DNA of 64,000 nucleotides from Solirubrobacteraceae bacterium (lineage in GTDB: Bacteria; Actinomycetota; Thermoleophilia; Solirubrobacterales; Solirubrobacteraceae), in contig DATJYY010000158.1 in NCBI GenBank assembly GCA_035499395.1, positions 4,222 through 68,221 of the forward strand, given 5' to 3'. The notes under the pieces are model-generated. The model ran no database searches. It was not told the DNA's origin and saw only the letters and a program-made list of their open reading frames with translations. Below are positions 9,870 to 19,405 of the stretch, one piece after another (position 1 is the first letter of the stretch; every line of letters starts with the position of its first letter). A program made the translations under genes and the position numbers.

Positions 9870-10586
9870 TCAGCCTTCCGCTCCCAGATAGCGCACCGGC
9901 AATGGGCGCTCGTTCACGCCGTTGCCCTCGGTCCGCTCCACCCGGTAGGCGCGGGCGTGCGTTCGCGACGCGACGACCTCCTCGAGCTCGGTTCCGGCGA
10001 ACACGAGCGCGGCGCCGTCGTCGGCGGCCCACCCGGCGGCGAGCTCGCCGGCGGCGACGAGGCGCGTGAACGTGGGCCGGCGCTGCTCCTCGCCGTCGTA
10101 GTGAGGGCACGCGCTGCCGGGAAGCAGCCCGAGTCCGTCGTGGAGGGGCGCCAGCTGCGCGAGGTCGAACGAGTCCGTGACCGACTCGGTGAACCAGCAG
10201 TTCATCCCGGCGCTCAGGCCGCACAACACGACTTCTTCCTCCCACGCGCGGCGCAGGAGCCGGTCGAGTCCGTGGACGCGCCAGACAGCGAGCATGCTGG
10301 CGGTGTTGCCGCCGCCGACGTAGATCACATCCTGCCCGAGCACGAACGACTCGAGATCACCGACCGTCCGCTCGAACAGGCCGAGATCGGTCGGCCGGCA
10401 GTCGAGCTCGGTGAAAGCCCGAAAGAACCGGGCGACGTACCCCTCGGCGTCGCCGCTCGCGGTCGGCAGGAAGCACACCCGGGGGTGGGGCGAGCGCGCG
10501 AGCGACAGCACGAACGTGTCGAGCAGCGGATTGTCGGGCTCCATCGAGAACCCACCCCCGCCCATCGCGACGACCCGTGGTCTCAT
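9870..10586 (-). CDS. Peptidase E (S51 family)
   Basis: AMGGGGFS, FLPTASGD, IYVGGGNT, GLSAG nucleophile elbow, CPHYD. Confidence 0.88.
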   Translation of the reverse strand: MRPRVVAMGGGGFSMEPDNPLLDTFVLSLARSPHPRVCFLPTASGDAEGYVARFFRAFTELDCRPTDLGLFERTVGDLESFVLGQDVIYVGGGNTASMLAVWRVHGLDRLLRRAWEEEVVLCGLSAGMNCWFTESVTDSFDLAQLAPLHDGLGLLPGSACPHYDGEEQRRPTFTRLVAAGELAAGWAADDGAALVFAGTELEEVVASRTHARAYRVERTEGNGVNERPLPVRYLGAEG

Positions 10587-10894
10587 GGCCAAACGGACCT
10601 GGCGACGTCGTAGTGCGAGACGGTCTCGTCGCGCTCGACCAGGTAACGGTCGTCCTCCGGGTAGAACACCGCGGCATCGGGCTGCTCGCCCGCGAATGCG
10701 GTTATCGCCTCCATCGAATCCCACAACGTGAACATCACGAACTCGGTCTTCCCGCCGACGTCGCGCCGAAGCATCCAGGCGCCGCGGTTCCCGGGGGTGG
10801 TCGTGTAGCCGGCCATGCCGGTCTCGTCCATGTAATCCGCATACGCGTCCCCGTCGGCTTGGGCGACGGCACCGCGCCAGATCCGGGCGATCAT
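10583..10894 (-). CDS. Antibiotic biosynthesis monooxygenase-like (ABM) protein
   Basis: MIARIWRG...PGNRG...TLWDSMEAITAFAG...AVFYPED; GGAGG RBS. Confidence 0.8.
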   Translation of the reverse strand: MIARIWRGAVAQADGDAYADYMDETGMAGYTTTPGNRGAWMLRRDVGGKTEFVMFTLWDSMEAITAFAGEQPDAAVFYPEDDRYLVERDETVSHYDVARSVWP

Positions 10895-10929
10895 CGGACC
10901 TCCTTCGTCGAGGGTGGGCGCCCGGGAGG

Positions 10930-11283
10930 CTAGGCGAAAATCGAGATGCTCCCGGTCGCCCGCGGGCGGTCGGCGGTCCGCTGCGCGGTCGCGTTGTAGC
11001 CGGCCGACGCCGGTTCCTCGGTCGCGGGCGTAACGCTGCCCGCACCGTGGTCGTGGTCGAGGGCGTGATCGACGAGTTGGTCGAGCGTCGATTGATCGAG
11101 CGGCGACTGACCGTTCGCCTCCCGTGTCCGCTGGATCTTCCTCTGTACGTACTCGACGAGCGAATCGCGCGAGACGCCGTGCTGCTGCGCGAGTTCGGTG
11201 ATCGTGGCACCCGCCGCCGCCGCCGCCGCGCTGCCGGCGGTGGCGGCGTTCGCGGTGAGGCCGCTCATTGGCTGGATGTCCAC
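10930..11283 (-). CDS. Hypothetical protein
   Basis: 117-aa ORF with coding-like codon usage, in series with its neighbours; ITELAQQHGVSRDSLV is HTH-like. Confidence 0.55.
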   Translation of the reverse strand: MDIQPMSGLTANAATAGSAAAAAAGATITELAQQHGVSRDSLVEYVQRKIQRTREANGQSPLDQSTLDQLVDHALDHDHGAGSVTPATEEPASAGYNATAQRTADRPRATGSISIFA

Positions 11284-11340
11284 TGGTATTCCGTCGAGGC
11301 AGGTCTTCGTCCCTGTGATCGGCAGGGAGGCCCGAGATCT

Positions 11341-11838
11341 TCACCCCCGGAGTGGAGGATTGGCGAGCACGACCGAGGTTTCGACCTGGCGGTCGGGGAT
11401 CGTCCAGTAGCTCCGGAGCAGCGCTGTCTTCTGCTCGGGAGTCACCAGCTCGAACCCGTGCCGGAGGTAGAAGGCGATCGCCCACTCGGCGGCGGCCCAG
11501 GTGCCGACCAGCATGCGGCGCGTGCTCACCCCGATCAGGTGCTCGAGCAACGCGCTTCCGACCCCGGCGCGCTGCCGCCCGGGCACTACGTACGCGTGAC
11601 GGATCAGGTCGAGGTCCCGCGCCGCTTGGATCCCCATGACCCCGAGCAACTGGCCGTCGGACTCGTAGCCCCAGAACGCCACCCCGGCGGTGATCTCCTC
11701 GTCGAGCTCGCTCGACGGCATGTACGGCTCGCGCCAGCGATCGGCCGGGATCACGCCCTTGTACGCCTCGGCCGCCAGGTTGACGATCCGCAGCATCGCC
11801 TCCCGCTCGTCGTCGCGACAGCGGCGGACCTGACTCAT
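11341..11838 (-). CDS. GNAT-family N-acetyltransferase
   Basis: AYKGVIPADRWREPYM, LIRHAYV..QRAGVGSALL, WAIAFYLRHGF. Confidence 0.85.
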   Translation of the reverse strand: MSQVRRCRDDEREAMLRIVNLAAEAYKGVIPADRWREPYMPSSELDEEITAGVAFWGYESDGQLLGVMGIQAARDLDLIRHAYVVPGRQRAGVGSALLEHLIGVSTRRMLVGTWAAAEWAIAFYLRHGFELVTPEQKTALLRSYWTIPDRQVETSVVLANPPLRG

Positions 11839-12542
11839 CGTGCGGCCTCCCCGAGCCGGCGCTCGTGCGCCGCCAGGACAGTCCTCGCGACCTCCGCCGG
11901 GTCGCCCACGATCTGCAGCTCGGCCAGGTCCGGCGGCTCGATCCGATGGTCGGCGAGCGGCCGTGAGCGCAGCCAGCCAAGCAGCCCGTCCCATTCGCCG
12001 TCGCCGACAAGCACCACCGGGAACTGGCGGATCGTTTCCGTCTGGATCAGCGTCAGCGACTCGAACAGCTCGTCGAGCGTGCCGAAGCCTCCGGGTCCGA
12101 TCACGAACGCGCAGGCGTACCGCACGAACATCACCTTTCGCGCGAAGAAGTGGCGGAAGCGCAGCGCGATGTCGAGGTACTCGTTCTGGCCCTGTTCGTG
12201 CGGCAGCTCGATGTTGCACCCGACCGACAGCGCGCCCGCCTCCTTCGCGCCACGGTTGACCGCCTCCATGACGCCACCGCCGCCACCGGTGATGACCGCG
12301 AACCCGGCCCCTCCGAGCGCCGCGCCGACCTCGCGCATCAGCGCGTAGTGCGGATGGTCGCGCGGAGTGCGCGCCGAGCCGAACACGCTCACGGCAGGGC
12401 CGATGCCGGCCAGCCGGTTGAATCCAAGCGCGAACTCGGCGGCGATGTCACGAATCCGGTCGGCATCCGCGGCCCGGTTCGCGGCGCTCTCGTCGCCGAG
12501 CCAGAGGAGCAGCTCCTCGTCGAATGTCGGTGACGGGGACAG
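11835..12542 (-). CDS. LOG-family (TIGR00730) protein; apparent CTG start
   Basis: VSVFGSAR, TGGGGGVMEA, FFARKVMFV, PGGFGTLDE. The frame stays open 50 codons upstream of GTG 12392 (PTFDEELL..AAEFALGF) to CTG 12542. Confidence 0.85.
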   Translation of the reverse strand: MSPSPTFDEELLLWLGDESAANRAADADRIRDIAAEFALGFNRLAGIGPAVSVFGSARTPRDHPHYALMREVGAALGGAGFAVITGGGGGVMEAVNRGAKEAGALSVGCNIELPHEQGQNEYLDIALRFRHFFARKVMFVRYACAFVIGPGGFGTLDELFESLTLIQTETIRQFPVVLVGDGEWDGLLGWLRSRPLADHRIEPPDLAELQIVGDPAEVARTVLAAHERRLGEAAR

Positions 12543-12594
12543 GGCCCGAGCCTACCCCAGTGCCTGCAGTGCGTAGGCTTGAGGGCGTTACGCG

Positions 12595-12954
12595 ATGGCC
12601 GCAACCACGAGGAGCTCGACGCTCGGGGACTGCATCCCCGAGAACGCGATGATCGACCCCGGCGAGATCGCGCGCTTCTACGACCGCTGTAGCGATCTGA
12701 TGCGCGAGCTGCTCGACGGGCTCGCCGCGGCCCCCGATCAGCCGCGGCCGTTCCCGGAGATCGAGGACGCGATCGGATGGCCGAGACGCCGGATCGCGTC
12801 GGTGCTCGGTGGCGTATGTCGCCTGCGCCGGATGGAGTTCGACGGGCGCCGTCCCTACCACTTCCACGAGCCGAAACGCGCCGCGTCACGCAGGTGGGAG
12901 ATCTGGATGGACGGCGACCAGGCCATGGTCGTTCGGGGCGAGCAGAGCATCTAG
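12595..12954 (+). CDS. Hypothetical protein
   Basis: 119-aa ORF; FPEIEDAIGWPRRRIASVLGG is winged-HTH-like. Confidence 0.6.
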   Translation: MAATTRSSTLGDCIPENAMIDPGEIARFYDRCSDLMRELLDGLAAAPDQPRPFPEIEDAIGWPRRRIASVLGGVCRLRRMEFDGRRPYHFHEPKRAASRRWEIWMDGDQAMVVRGEQSI

Positions 12955-12975
12955 CAGCCGCCGACGGGGCAATCC

Positions 12976-13887
12976 GTGACGACGCCTGCGCCCGCGATCA
13001 GAACCGACGTGCTCACCAAGCGCTACGGCGAGACGGTCGCTCTCGACGCTCTCAACCTGACCATCCAGCCTGGTGAGGTCTATGGCTATCTCGGGCCGAA
13101 CGGCGCCGGCAAGACAACCACGATCCGGCTGCTCCTGGGCCTCCATCGTCCCTCGGCCGGGCGGGCCGAGCTGTTCGGCGTCGACGCATGGGGCGATCCC
13201 GTCCGTGCGCACCAACGAGTCGCCTACGTCGCCGGCGAGCCGTTCCTGTGGCCGTCGATGACGGGCGCGGAGACACTCGAGTTTCTCGGCCGCCTGCACG
13301 GCGGGGTCGACGTCGAGTATCGCGAAGTTCTCGTCAAGCGCTTTCAGCTCGATACGAATAAGAAGGTCAGGGCGCTGTCGAAGGGCAACCGCCAGAAGGT
13401 GCAGTTGGTGGCGGCGCTCGCCACCCGCTCGGACTTGTTGCTGCTCGACGAGCCGACCAGCGGGCTCGACCCACTTATGGAGGTGGTGTTCAGGGAGTCG
13501 ATCGGAGAGGCCAAGGAACGGGGGCAGACGGTGTTCCTCTCCTCCCACATCCTGAGCGAGGTCGAGGCCACATGCGACCGAGTCGGGATCCTCCGGGCCG
13601 GGCGGCTGGTCGACCAGGGCACGCTCGCCGAGCTCAGACATCTGAGCGCGCAGACGATTGAGGTGACGTTCGCCGGGCGCGTGCCGCGACTCGACCCTCT
13701 CCCGGGCGTCGAGGTCACGAGCACCGGTCCAGAAACGGCGCGGTTCGAGGTGTCGGGCGACGTCGGCCCGCTGATCGACCAGCTCGCCGGGCACCCCGTA
13801 ACGAGCCTCACGAGCCGGCAGGCGTCGCTCGAGGAGATCTTCCTGCACCACTACGACTCCTCCAGCGGCGGTGGCGGCGACCGCTGA
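12976..13887 (+). CDS. ABC transporter ATP-binding protein (ABC-2 exporter)
   Basis: GPNGAGKTT, LSKGNRQK, LDEPTSGLD, SSH. Confidence 0.95.
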   Translation: MTTPAPAIRTDVLTKRYGETVALDALNLTIQPGEVYGYLGPNGAGKTTTIRLLLGLHRPSAGRAELFGVDAWGDPVRAHQRVAYVAGEPFLWPSMTGAETLEFLGRLHGGVDVEYREVLVKRFQLDTNKKVRALSKGNRQKVQLVAALATRSDLLLLDEPTSGLDPLMEVVFRESIGEAKERGQTVFLSSHILSEVEATCDRVGILRAGRLVDQGTLAELRHLSAQTIEVTFAGRVPRLDPLPGVEVTSTGPETARFEVSGDVGPLIDQLAGHPVTSLTSRQASLEEIFLHHYDSSSGGGGDR

Positions 13888-15466
13888 GGCCGCGCTCGCG
13901 CGCCGCACGTTCCGCGATGCCCGCGTCCGGACGATCGCGTTCACGTACCTATTCGCAGTGGCTTCGATCCTCAACCCGGTCAGCTACCGCCACACGTACG
14001 CGACACTCGCGCAGCGGCGCGCGTTCGCCGACAGCTTCGCGCACAACAAGGCGGTGGTTCTGTTCTACGGCAAGGCGTACGACCTGCTCACGGTCGGCGG
14101 CTACAGTGCTTGGCGAACCGGGGGGATCCTCACGATCCTCGCGGCGATCTACGGTCTGCTCGCCGGCGTGCGGGCGCTGCGCGCCGAAGAGGACGCGGGC
14201 CGCACCGAGCTCGTGCTCGCGGGCCCGCTGTCCCGCGGCGCGGTTTACACCGGCGCGATCGCGGGGATCGCGGCCGGGGCGGTGCTGCTCTGGGCCGCTG
14301 TGTTCGTGGGCTCGGTGATCGGGGGTCTGGCGCTCGGCGGATCGGCGTACCTGGCGCTGGCGGTCGTGTCGATGGTGCCCGTCTTCGCCGGCGTGGGTGC
14401 ACTCACCAGCCAGCTCGCGCCGACGCGCCGAATGGCGCTCGAACTCGGCGGCGCGTGCGTCGTGATGTCGTTTCTCTTCCGGGTGATCGCCGACACGTCC
14501 GGGAGCCTCGGCTGGCTGCGCTGGGTGTCGCCGCTCGGGTGGGCCGAGGAGCTCCGTCCGTTCACGGGCGCCCAACCGCTCGTGCTCCTCCTGGCGCTTT
14601 CCTCCTCGACCGTCGCTCTCGTCGGGGCATGGCGGCTGGCCGCGCGACGCGACATCGGCGCCGGGCTGCTCCCCTCACGGGACACCGCGGCCCCGCGGGT
14701 CCAGCTGCTGTCCTCGACCACGGCCCAAGCCCTCCGTGGCGAGCTCGGCGGCCTGGCAGTGTGGGTCGTGGGCGTTGGCGCGTTCGCGCTCATCATCGGC
14801 GTGATTTCGAAGAGCATCTCCACGGCGGGGATCTCCCCCCAGCTCCAGCGCGAATTCGCGAAGCTCGGGGAGGGCTCGATCCTGACCCCGCGCGGCTACC
14901 TCGGGTTCTCGTTCATCTTCTTCGTGCTGGTCATCAGCCTGTTCTCGTGCTCGCAGGTCGCCGCCGCGCGGCACGAGGAATCCGAGCAGCGGCTCGAGAC
15001 GCTGCTGGCGCTCCCGGTCGGTCGCCGCGCCTGGCTCGGCGGCAGGCTGGCGCTCGCGGTCGGTGGCGCGATCGCGCTGGCGCTGGCTGCGGGCGTGCTC
15101 GCGTGGGTGGGCGCGGCCACCCAGGACGTCGCCCCGTCCTTACCGCGGATGCTCGAGGCCGGCGCCAACTGCCTCCCGGCGGCGATCCTGTTCCTTGGGA
15201 TCGCGGCGCTCGCCTACGCGGTGGCGCCGAGAGCGGCTACCGGGATCGCCTACGGCGTGGTGACGGTCGCGTTCCTGTGGCAGCTGATCGGCTCGTTGCT
15301 GGGGGCGCCGAAGTGGCTTGTGGAGATCACGCCGTTCGCGCACGTCGCCTCGGTCCCGGCGCAGCCGTTCCGCGCCGGCGCCGCCGTGGTGATGGTCGCG
15401 ATCGGGCTGCTCACGGCCGCCGTGTCGCTGTCTGCGTTCGGTCGCCGTGACCTGACCGCGGCGTAG
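13871..15466 (+). CDS. ABC-2 transporter permease (duplicated; antibiotic-exporter type)
   Basis: About 12 TM helices, repeated RAEEDAGRTELVLA / RHEESEQRLETLLA, SPLGW, C-terminal RRDL. Confidence 0.88.
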   Translation: MAATAEAALARRTFRDARVRTIAFTYLFAVASILNPVSYRHTYATLAQRRAFADSFAHNKAVVLFYGKAYDLLTVGGYSAWRTGGILTILAAIYGLLAGVRALRAEEDAGRTELVLAGPLSRGAVYTGAIAGIAAGAVLLWAAVFVGSVIGGLALGGSAYLALAVVSMVPVFAGVGALTSQLAPTRRMALELGGACVVMSFLFRVIADTSGSLGWLRWVSPLGWAEELRPFTGAQPLVLLLALSSSTVALVGAWRLAARRDIGAGLLPSRDTAAPRVQLLSSTTAQALRGELGGLAVWVVGVGAFALIIGVISKSISTAGISPQLQREFAKLGEGSILTPRGYLGFSFIFFVLVISLFSCSQVAAARHEESEQRLETLLALPVGRRAWLGGRLALAVGGAIALALAAGVLAWVGAATQDVAPSLPRMLEAGANCLPAAILFLGIAALAYAVAPRAATGIAYGVVTVAFLWQLIGSLLGAPKWLVEITPFAHVASVPAQPFRAGAAVVMVAIGLLTAAVSLSAFGRRDLTAA

Positions 15467-15549
15467 TTCGATCCCCGCGGTCGCCGGGTCGATCCTTAAC
15501 CGATCGCGCAGTTGCAACGCGGCGCTCGAGGGACGAGACTCGTCATGTC

Positions 15550-15858
15550 ATGCCGGTCTTTCGGTTCCGTCCTCGTCGCCGTCCTCGTCTGCGCTCACGG
15601 GACCTGACGCCGGACCTCTACCTGACCGACGGGCGGCGGCTGTTCCGCGTCGTCAGCCGGTTCGTCAACGACGGCTCGATTCTGGTCGTGATCGAGGACT
15701 GTGTGACGCTCGACGCGCGCGCCTACGCGGCGGCGGAGCTCGTGCCGATGGACGTGCGGCCGGTCCGCCGCTTGAAGCCGCCGCGAGCCGGCGAAACGGC
15801 GCCTCCGTCGACGGCTGAAGAGAAGCCACTCCAGGCGGACACCCCGGCGGTCGCGTGA
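15550..15858 (+). CDS. Hypothetical protein
   Basis: 102-aa ORF filling the gap on the same strand. Confidence 0.5.
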   Translation: MPVFRFRPRRRPRLRSRDLTPDLYLTDGRRLFRVVSRFVNDGSILVVIEDCVTLDARAYAAAELVPMDVRPVRRLKPPRAGETAPPSTAEEKPLQADTPAVA

Positions 15859-15879
15859 CGGCCAGCTACTATGCGGCAC

Positions 15880-16230
15880 ATGGTAGCCGTGCGCGACGGC
15901 GCGATCTCGCAGCTCCGCCGCGGCGTGCTCGAGTACTGCGTCCTGGCCCTGCTCCGCGACGGCGAGCGGTACGGGTACGAGCTCGTGCATACGCTGGGCG
16001 ACGCCGAAGGGCTGGTGACGAGCGAGGGCACGCTGTACCCCCTGCTAAGCCGGCTGCGCCGGGAGGGGCTGGTCAAGACGACCTGGCGTGAGTCGGCATC
16101 GGGGCCGCCGCGGCGCTACTACTCGCTGACCGAGTCGGGAATCGGGGCGCTGGACGCGTTTGTGATCCAGTGGGCGCGCTTTCGCGAATCCGTCGACGCG
16201 CTGCTCGAAAGCGGCGAGCGCGCGGACTAA
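15880..16230 (+). CDS. PadR-family transcriptional regulator
   Basis: QLRRGVLEYCVL, YGYEL, EGTLYPLLSRL, GPPRRYY. Confidence 0.93.
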   Translation: MVAVRDGAISQLRRGVLEYCVLALLRDGERYGYELVHTLGDAEGLVTSEGTLYPLLSRLRREGLVKTTWRESASGPPRRYYSLTESGIGALDAFVIQWARFRESVDALLESGERAD

Positions 16231-17846
16231 GTGGCCGAGCCGGCGGTCGTCGCGGCCGCGGCCGGAAGCGGAGGAACCGGCGCCCGGTCCTCCGCGGCGT
16301 CGAGCGGCTGACCGGCGATTTGACCCCCGGCGCAGTCCTCGCAGCGGACGTGGCGCCGCGGGTTCTGGATCCCGGCTAGCCCGACGACGCCGCCGAGCGC
16401 CACCAGCGCTGCCGCGATCCCGACCCCGAGGTGGAACGCGTCGACCGACGCCGATTGCACCGCGTGGGCGACGCGAACGCCGACGCGGGCGGGGTCGACG
16501 TGCGCGAGCGTCGACCGACGGGCCTGCGCGATCGCGCTTTGAGCCGCTGCCGACAGCCTGATCCCGGCCAGGTGCTGGTCGAGCGCCGAGTTGAATCGCG
16601 ACGAGATCACCGCGCCGATCGCCGCGATCGAGATCAAGCCGGCGACCCGGGCCACCGCGTTGTTGACGCCCGACGCGATCCCCGCGTTACCTTGGTCGGC
16701 GTCGGATAGCACGGCGGCGGTCAGCGGCGCCACCGTCGATGCGAGCCCGAGCGAGAACACCAGCAGCGGCGGCAGCAGATCGGTGAGGTAGTTGACGTGC
16801 GCGCCGAGCTGGGTCATCCACGCCAACCCTACGGCCGCCGTCAGCGGGCCGAAACCCATGAACAGACGCGGGCCGTACCGGTCCGCGAGCCGCCCCATTC
16901 GCTTCGCGAGCAGGAACATCACGATCGTCGAGGGCAGGAGCGCGAAGCCGGAGTCGAGCGCGCTGTAGCCGGCGACCTCCTGGAGGAACAGGACGAGCAG
17001 GAAGAACACGATGCCGAGTCCGCCGTACATCGCGAATGTCTCCACGTTCCCGATCGTGAAGTTGCGCCGCTTGAACAGGCCGAGCGGGAGCATCGGCGCC
17101 GGGGTGCGTCGCTCGTGCTCGACGAACACGGCCAGCAGGATCAAGCCTCCGATCCCGGGGGCCCACACCTGGGGGCTGGTCCACCCGACGACGGGCTGGC
17201 GGATCAGCGCGAGCACCGGACCGGCGAGGCCGAGGAACGTGAGCGCCGCGCCGAGCCAATCGACGCGCGCGTGCGTCGTGCCGGGTGCGCGTGCCGGCAC
17301 GGCGATCGACACGATCACGAGCGTCGCGATCACGAACGGGATGTTCACGGCGAAGATCAATCGCCAGGAGACCGCGTCGACGAGGTAGCCGCCGGCGAGC
17401 GGCCCGATGACCGTGGCGATGCCCGACCACGCCGTCCACGAACCGATTGCGCCGCCGCGCTCGTCGGTCGAGAACGCGGACACGATCACGGCCAGAGAGC
17501 TCGGCATCAGCAGCGCGCCGAACGCGCCCTGTAGCGCGCGGCATGCGATGAGGAAGCCGATGGTCGGGGCGATCGCGCACAGGAGCGACACGACCCCGAA
17601 CCCGCCGACGCCGATCGAGAAGATGCGGCGCTCGCCGTACAGGTCGCCGAGCGAGCCTCCGACGAGGATCAGCGAGCCGAGCGCGAGCAGATATGCGTTC
17701 GAGATCCACTGCTGGCCGGCGAGCCCGCCTCCGAGGTCGGCGCGGATCGCCGGGAGCGCCACGTTTACGGCGGTCGCGTCCAGCCCCGCCACGAACGACC
17801 CCATAATCGCCGCAACCAGAGCCAGCCGCTTACGCGATGCAGGCAC
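16227..17846 (-). CDS. MFS transporter, DHA2 (EmrB/QacA) family
   Basis: LDATAVNVALP, GGSLGDLYGERR, RALQGAFGAL, WRLIFAVNIP. Confidence 0.92.
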   Translation of the reverse strand: MPASRKRLALVAAIMGSFVAGLDATAVNVALPAIRADLGGGLAGQQWISNAYLLALGSLILVGGSLGDLYGERRIFSIGVGGFGVVSLLCAIAPTIGFLIACRALQGAFGALLMPSSLAVIVSAFSTDERGGAIGSWTAWSGIATVIGPLAGGYLVDAVSWRLIFAVNIPFVIATLVIVSIAVPARAPGTTHARVDWLGAALTFLGLAGPVLALIRQPVVGWTSPQVWAPGIGGLILLAVFVEHERRTPAPMLPLGLFKRRNFTIGNVETFAMYGGLGIVFFLLVLFLQEVAGYSALDSGFALLPSTIVMFLLAKRMGRLADRYGPRLFMGFGPLTAAVGLAWMTQLGAHVNYLTDLLPPLLVFSLGLASTVAPLTAAVLSDADQGNAGIASGVNNAVARVAGLISIAAIGAVISSRFNSALDQHLAGIRLSAAAQSAIAQARRSTLAHVDPARVGVRVAHAVQSASVDAFHLGVGIAAALVALGGVVGLAGIQNPRRHVRCEDCAGGQIAGQPLDAAEDRAPVPPLPAAAATTAGSAT

Positions 17847-17938
17847 AGTCCCACGTTACTGAGCGGCCACAAATCACCCCCGCACAGCCCGCCAAAATTA
17901 GAATCCGCCCGGTCGTCGACGAGAGACGGAGGGATGAG

Positions 17939-19402
17939 ATGGCTGAAGGCGCGACCGCACTCCAGGGGATCTCGGAGCTGCGCGGGTTCTTCCGCACCAA
18001 TCAGACGCCGGTGTACTTCATCTCGCCGATCGCGTTCAACCTGCTCGGGATCGATCGGTGGGTGCGGCAGTTCTACTACGTCAACTACTTCGACTCGTTC
18101 GACGGTGGGCATCCATGCGTGTTCGTGCCGGCCCGTACACCGCACCCACAGTTCGGGTCGATCGAGGATGTCTGCAACTACCTGCTCGGACACAGCGAGC
18201 TGCCGCCGTTCATGAGTGCACACGGGGCCGGAGGCAAGGCCGTATTCGTGTTCTTCGACGAGGCCACAGAGCGCCGCGCGGCCGAGGTTGGGCTTAACGT
18301 CGCGCTGCCCGCGGCCGAGCTCCGCCATCGGCTCGACTCCAAGATCGTCACGACCCAGCTGGGGGAGGAGGCGGGCGTCCCGAGCGTCCCGAACGTCCTC
18401 GGGCGGGCCACGAGCTATCCCGAGCTGCTCGAGCTCGCTACGACCGCCGGGCTCGGCGAGGATCTCGTCGTGCAGACGCCGTACGGCGACTCGGGCAAGA
18501 CCACGTTCTTCGTCCGGGGCGAGCGCGACTGGAACGCCGACGCCGGGCAGATGGCCGACCAGGAACTCAAGGTCATGCGGCGGATCGTGCCAAGGGCGGT
18601 CGCCGTCGAAGCGTGCATCACGCGCCACGGCACGGTGGTCGGGCCGCTGATGACCGACCTCACCGGCCACCCCGAGCTGACCCCGTACCGCGGTGGCTGG
18701 TGCGGCAATGACATCTTCCCCGGCGCGCTGTCCCCGGCCAACCGCGACCGCGCACTCGAGTTCACGCGCCGGCTTGGCGATCGGCTCGCCCGAGAGGGAT
18801 ATCGCGGGCAGCTCGAGGTCGACTACCTCGTCGACGCGAACACCGACGAGCTGTACCTCGGCGAGCTCAACCCACGGCTCAGCGGGATCAGCTCGATGAC
18901 GAACGTGAGCGCGAGCGCATACGCCGACATGCCGCTGTTCCTGTTCCACCTGGCCGAATATCTCGACGTCGACTACGAGCTCGACGTCGAGGACCTGCGC
19001 CGAAGATGGGGCAGCGACCACCTCACGGATGTGTGGGGGCAGATCATCCTCAAGGAGCCCGACGACGGGATCGAGCTTCTCACCGACGCGCCCCGAACGG
19101 GTATCTGGCGGATGGACGACGCGGGCCGGATGAGCTTCAGCCGGCCGGCGGTCGACTGGCACGGGCTCGGCGACGAATCCGAGGGCTTCTACCTGCGGAT
19201 CCTCGGCCCCGGCGACTACCGCTACCGGGGAGCCGACCTCGGGGTGCTGGTCACGCGCACACGGCTCGAGACCCCGGACGGCCGGCTGACCGACCGGTGC
19301 CGGGCGTGGATCGACGGGATCCGGTCCCGGTTTGCCGGCACATTGATCGAGCCGGCCGTCGAGGCGCCGATCCACGACGCGCTCGCGTTCAAGACGGGCT
19401 GA
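17939..19402 (+). CDS. ATP-grasp ligase (often labelled biotin carboxylase-like)
   Basis: LDSKIVTT, VVQTPYGDSGKTTFF, YRGQLEVDYL, YLGELNPRLSG (ExN metal motif). Confidence 0.8.
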   Translation: MAEGATALQGISELRGFFRTNQTPVYFISPIAFNLLGIDRWVRQFYYVNYFDSFDGGHPCVFVPARTPHPQFGSIEDVCNYLLGHSELPPFMSAHGAGGKAVFVFFDEATERRAAEVGLNVALPAAELRHRLDSKIVTTQLGEEAGVPSVPNVLGRATSYPELLELATTAGLGEDLVVQTPYGDSGKTTFFVRGERDWNADAGQMADQELKVMRRIVPRAVAVEACITRHGTVVGPLMTDLTGHPELTPYRGGWCGNDIFPGALSPANRDRALEFTRRLGDRLAREGYRGQLEVDYLVDANTDELYLGELNPRLSGISSMTNVSASAYADMPLFLFHLAEYLDVDYELDVEDLRRRWGSDHLTDVWGQIILKEPDDGIELLTDAPRTGIWRMDDAGRMSFSRPAVDWHGLGDESEGFYLRILGPGDYRYRGADLGVLVTRTRLETPDGRLTDRCRAWIDGIRSRFAGTLIEPAVEAPIHDALAFKTG

Positions 19403-19405
19403 CGG

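Noticed and set aside
12826-12850. GATGGAGTTCG resembling a fluoride aptamer 5' half
   Set aside because: Lies inside a CDS, with no closing P1 or GCTGATG 3' half
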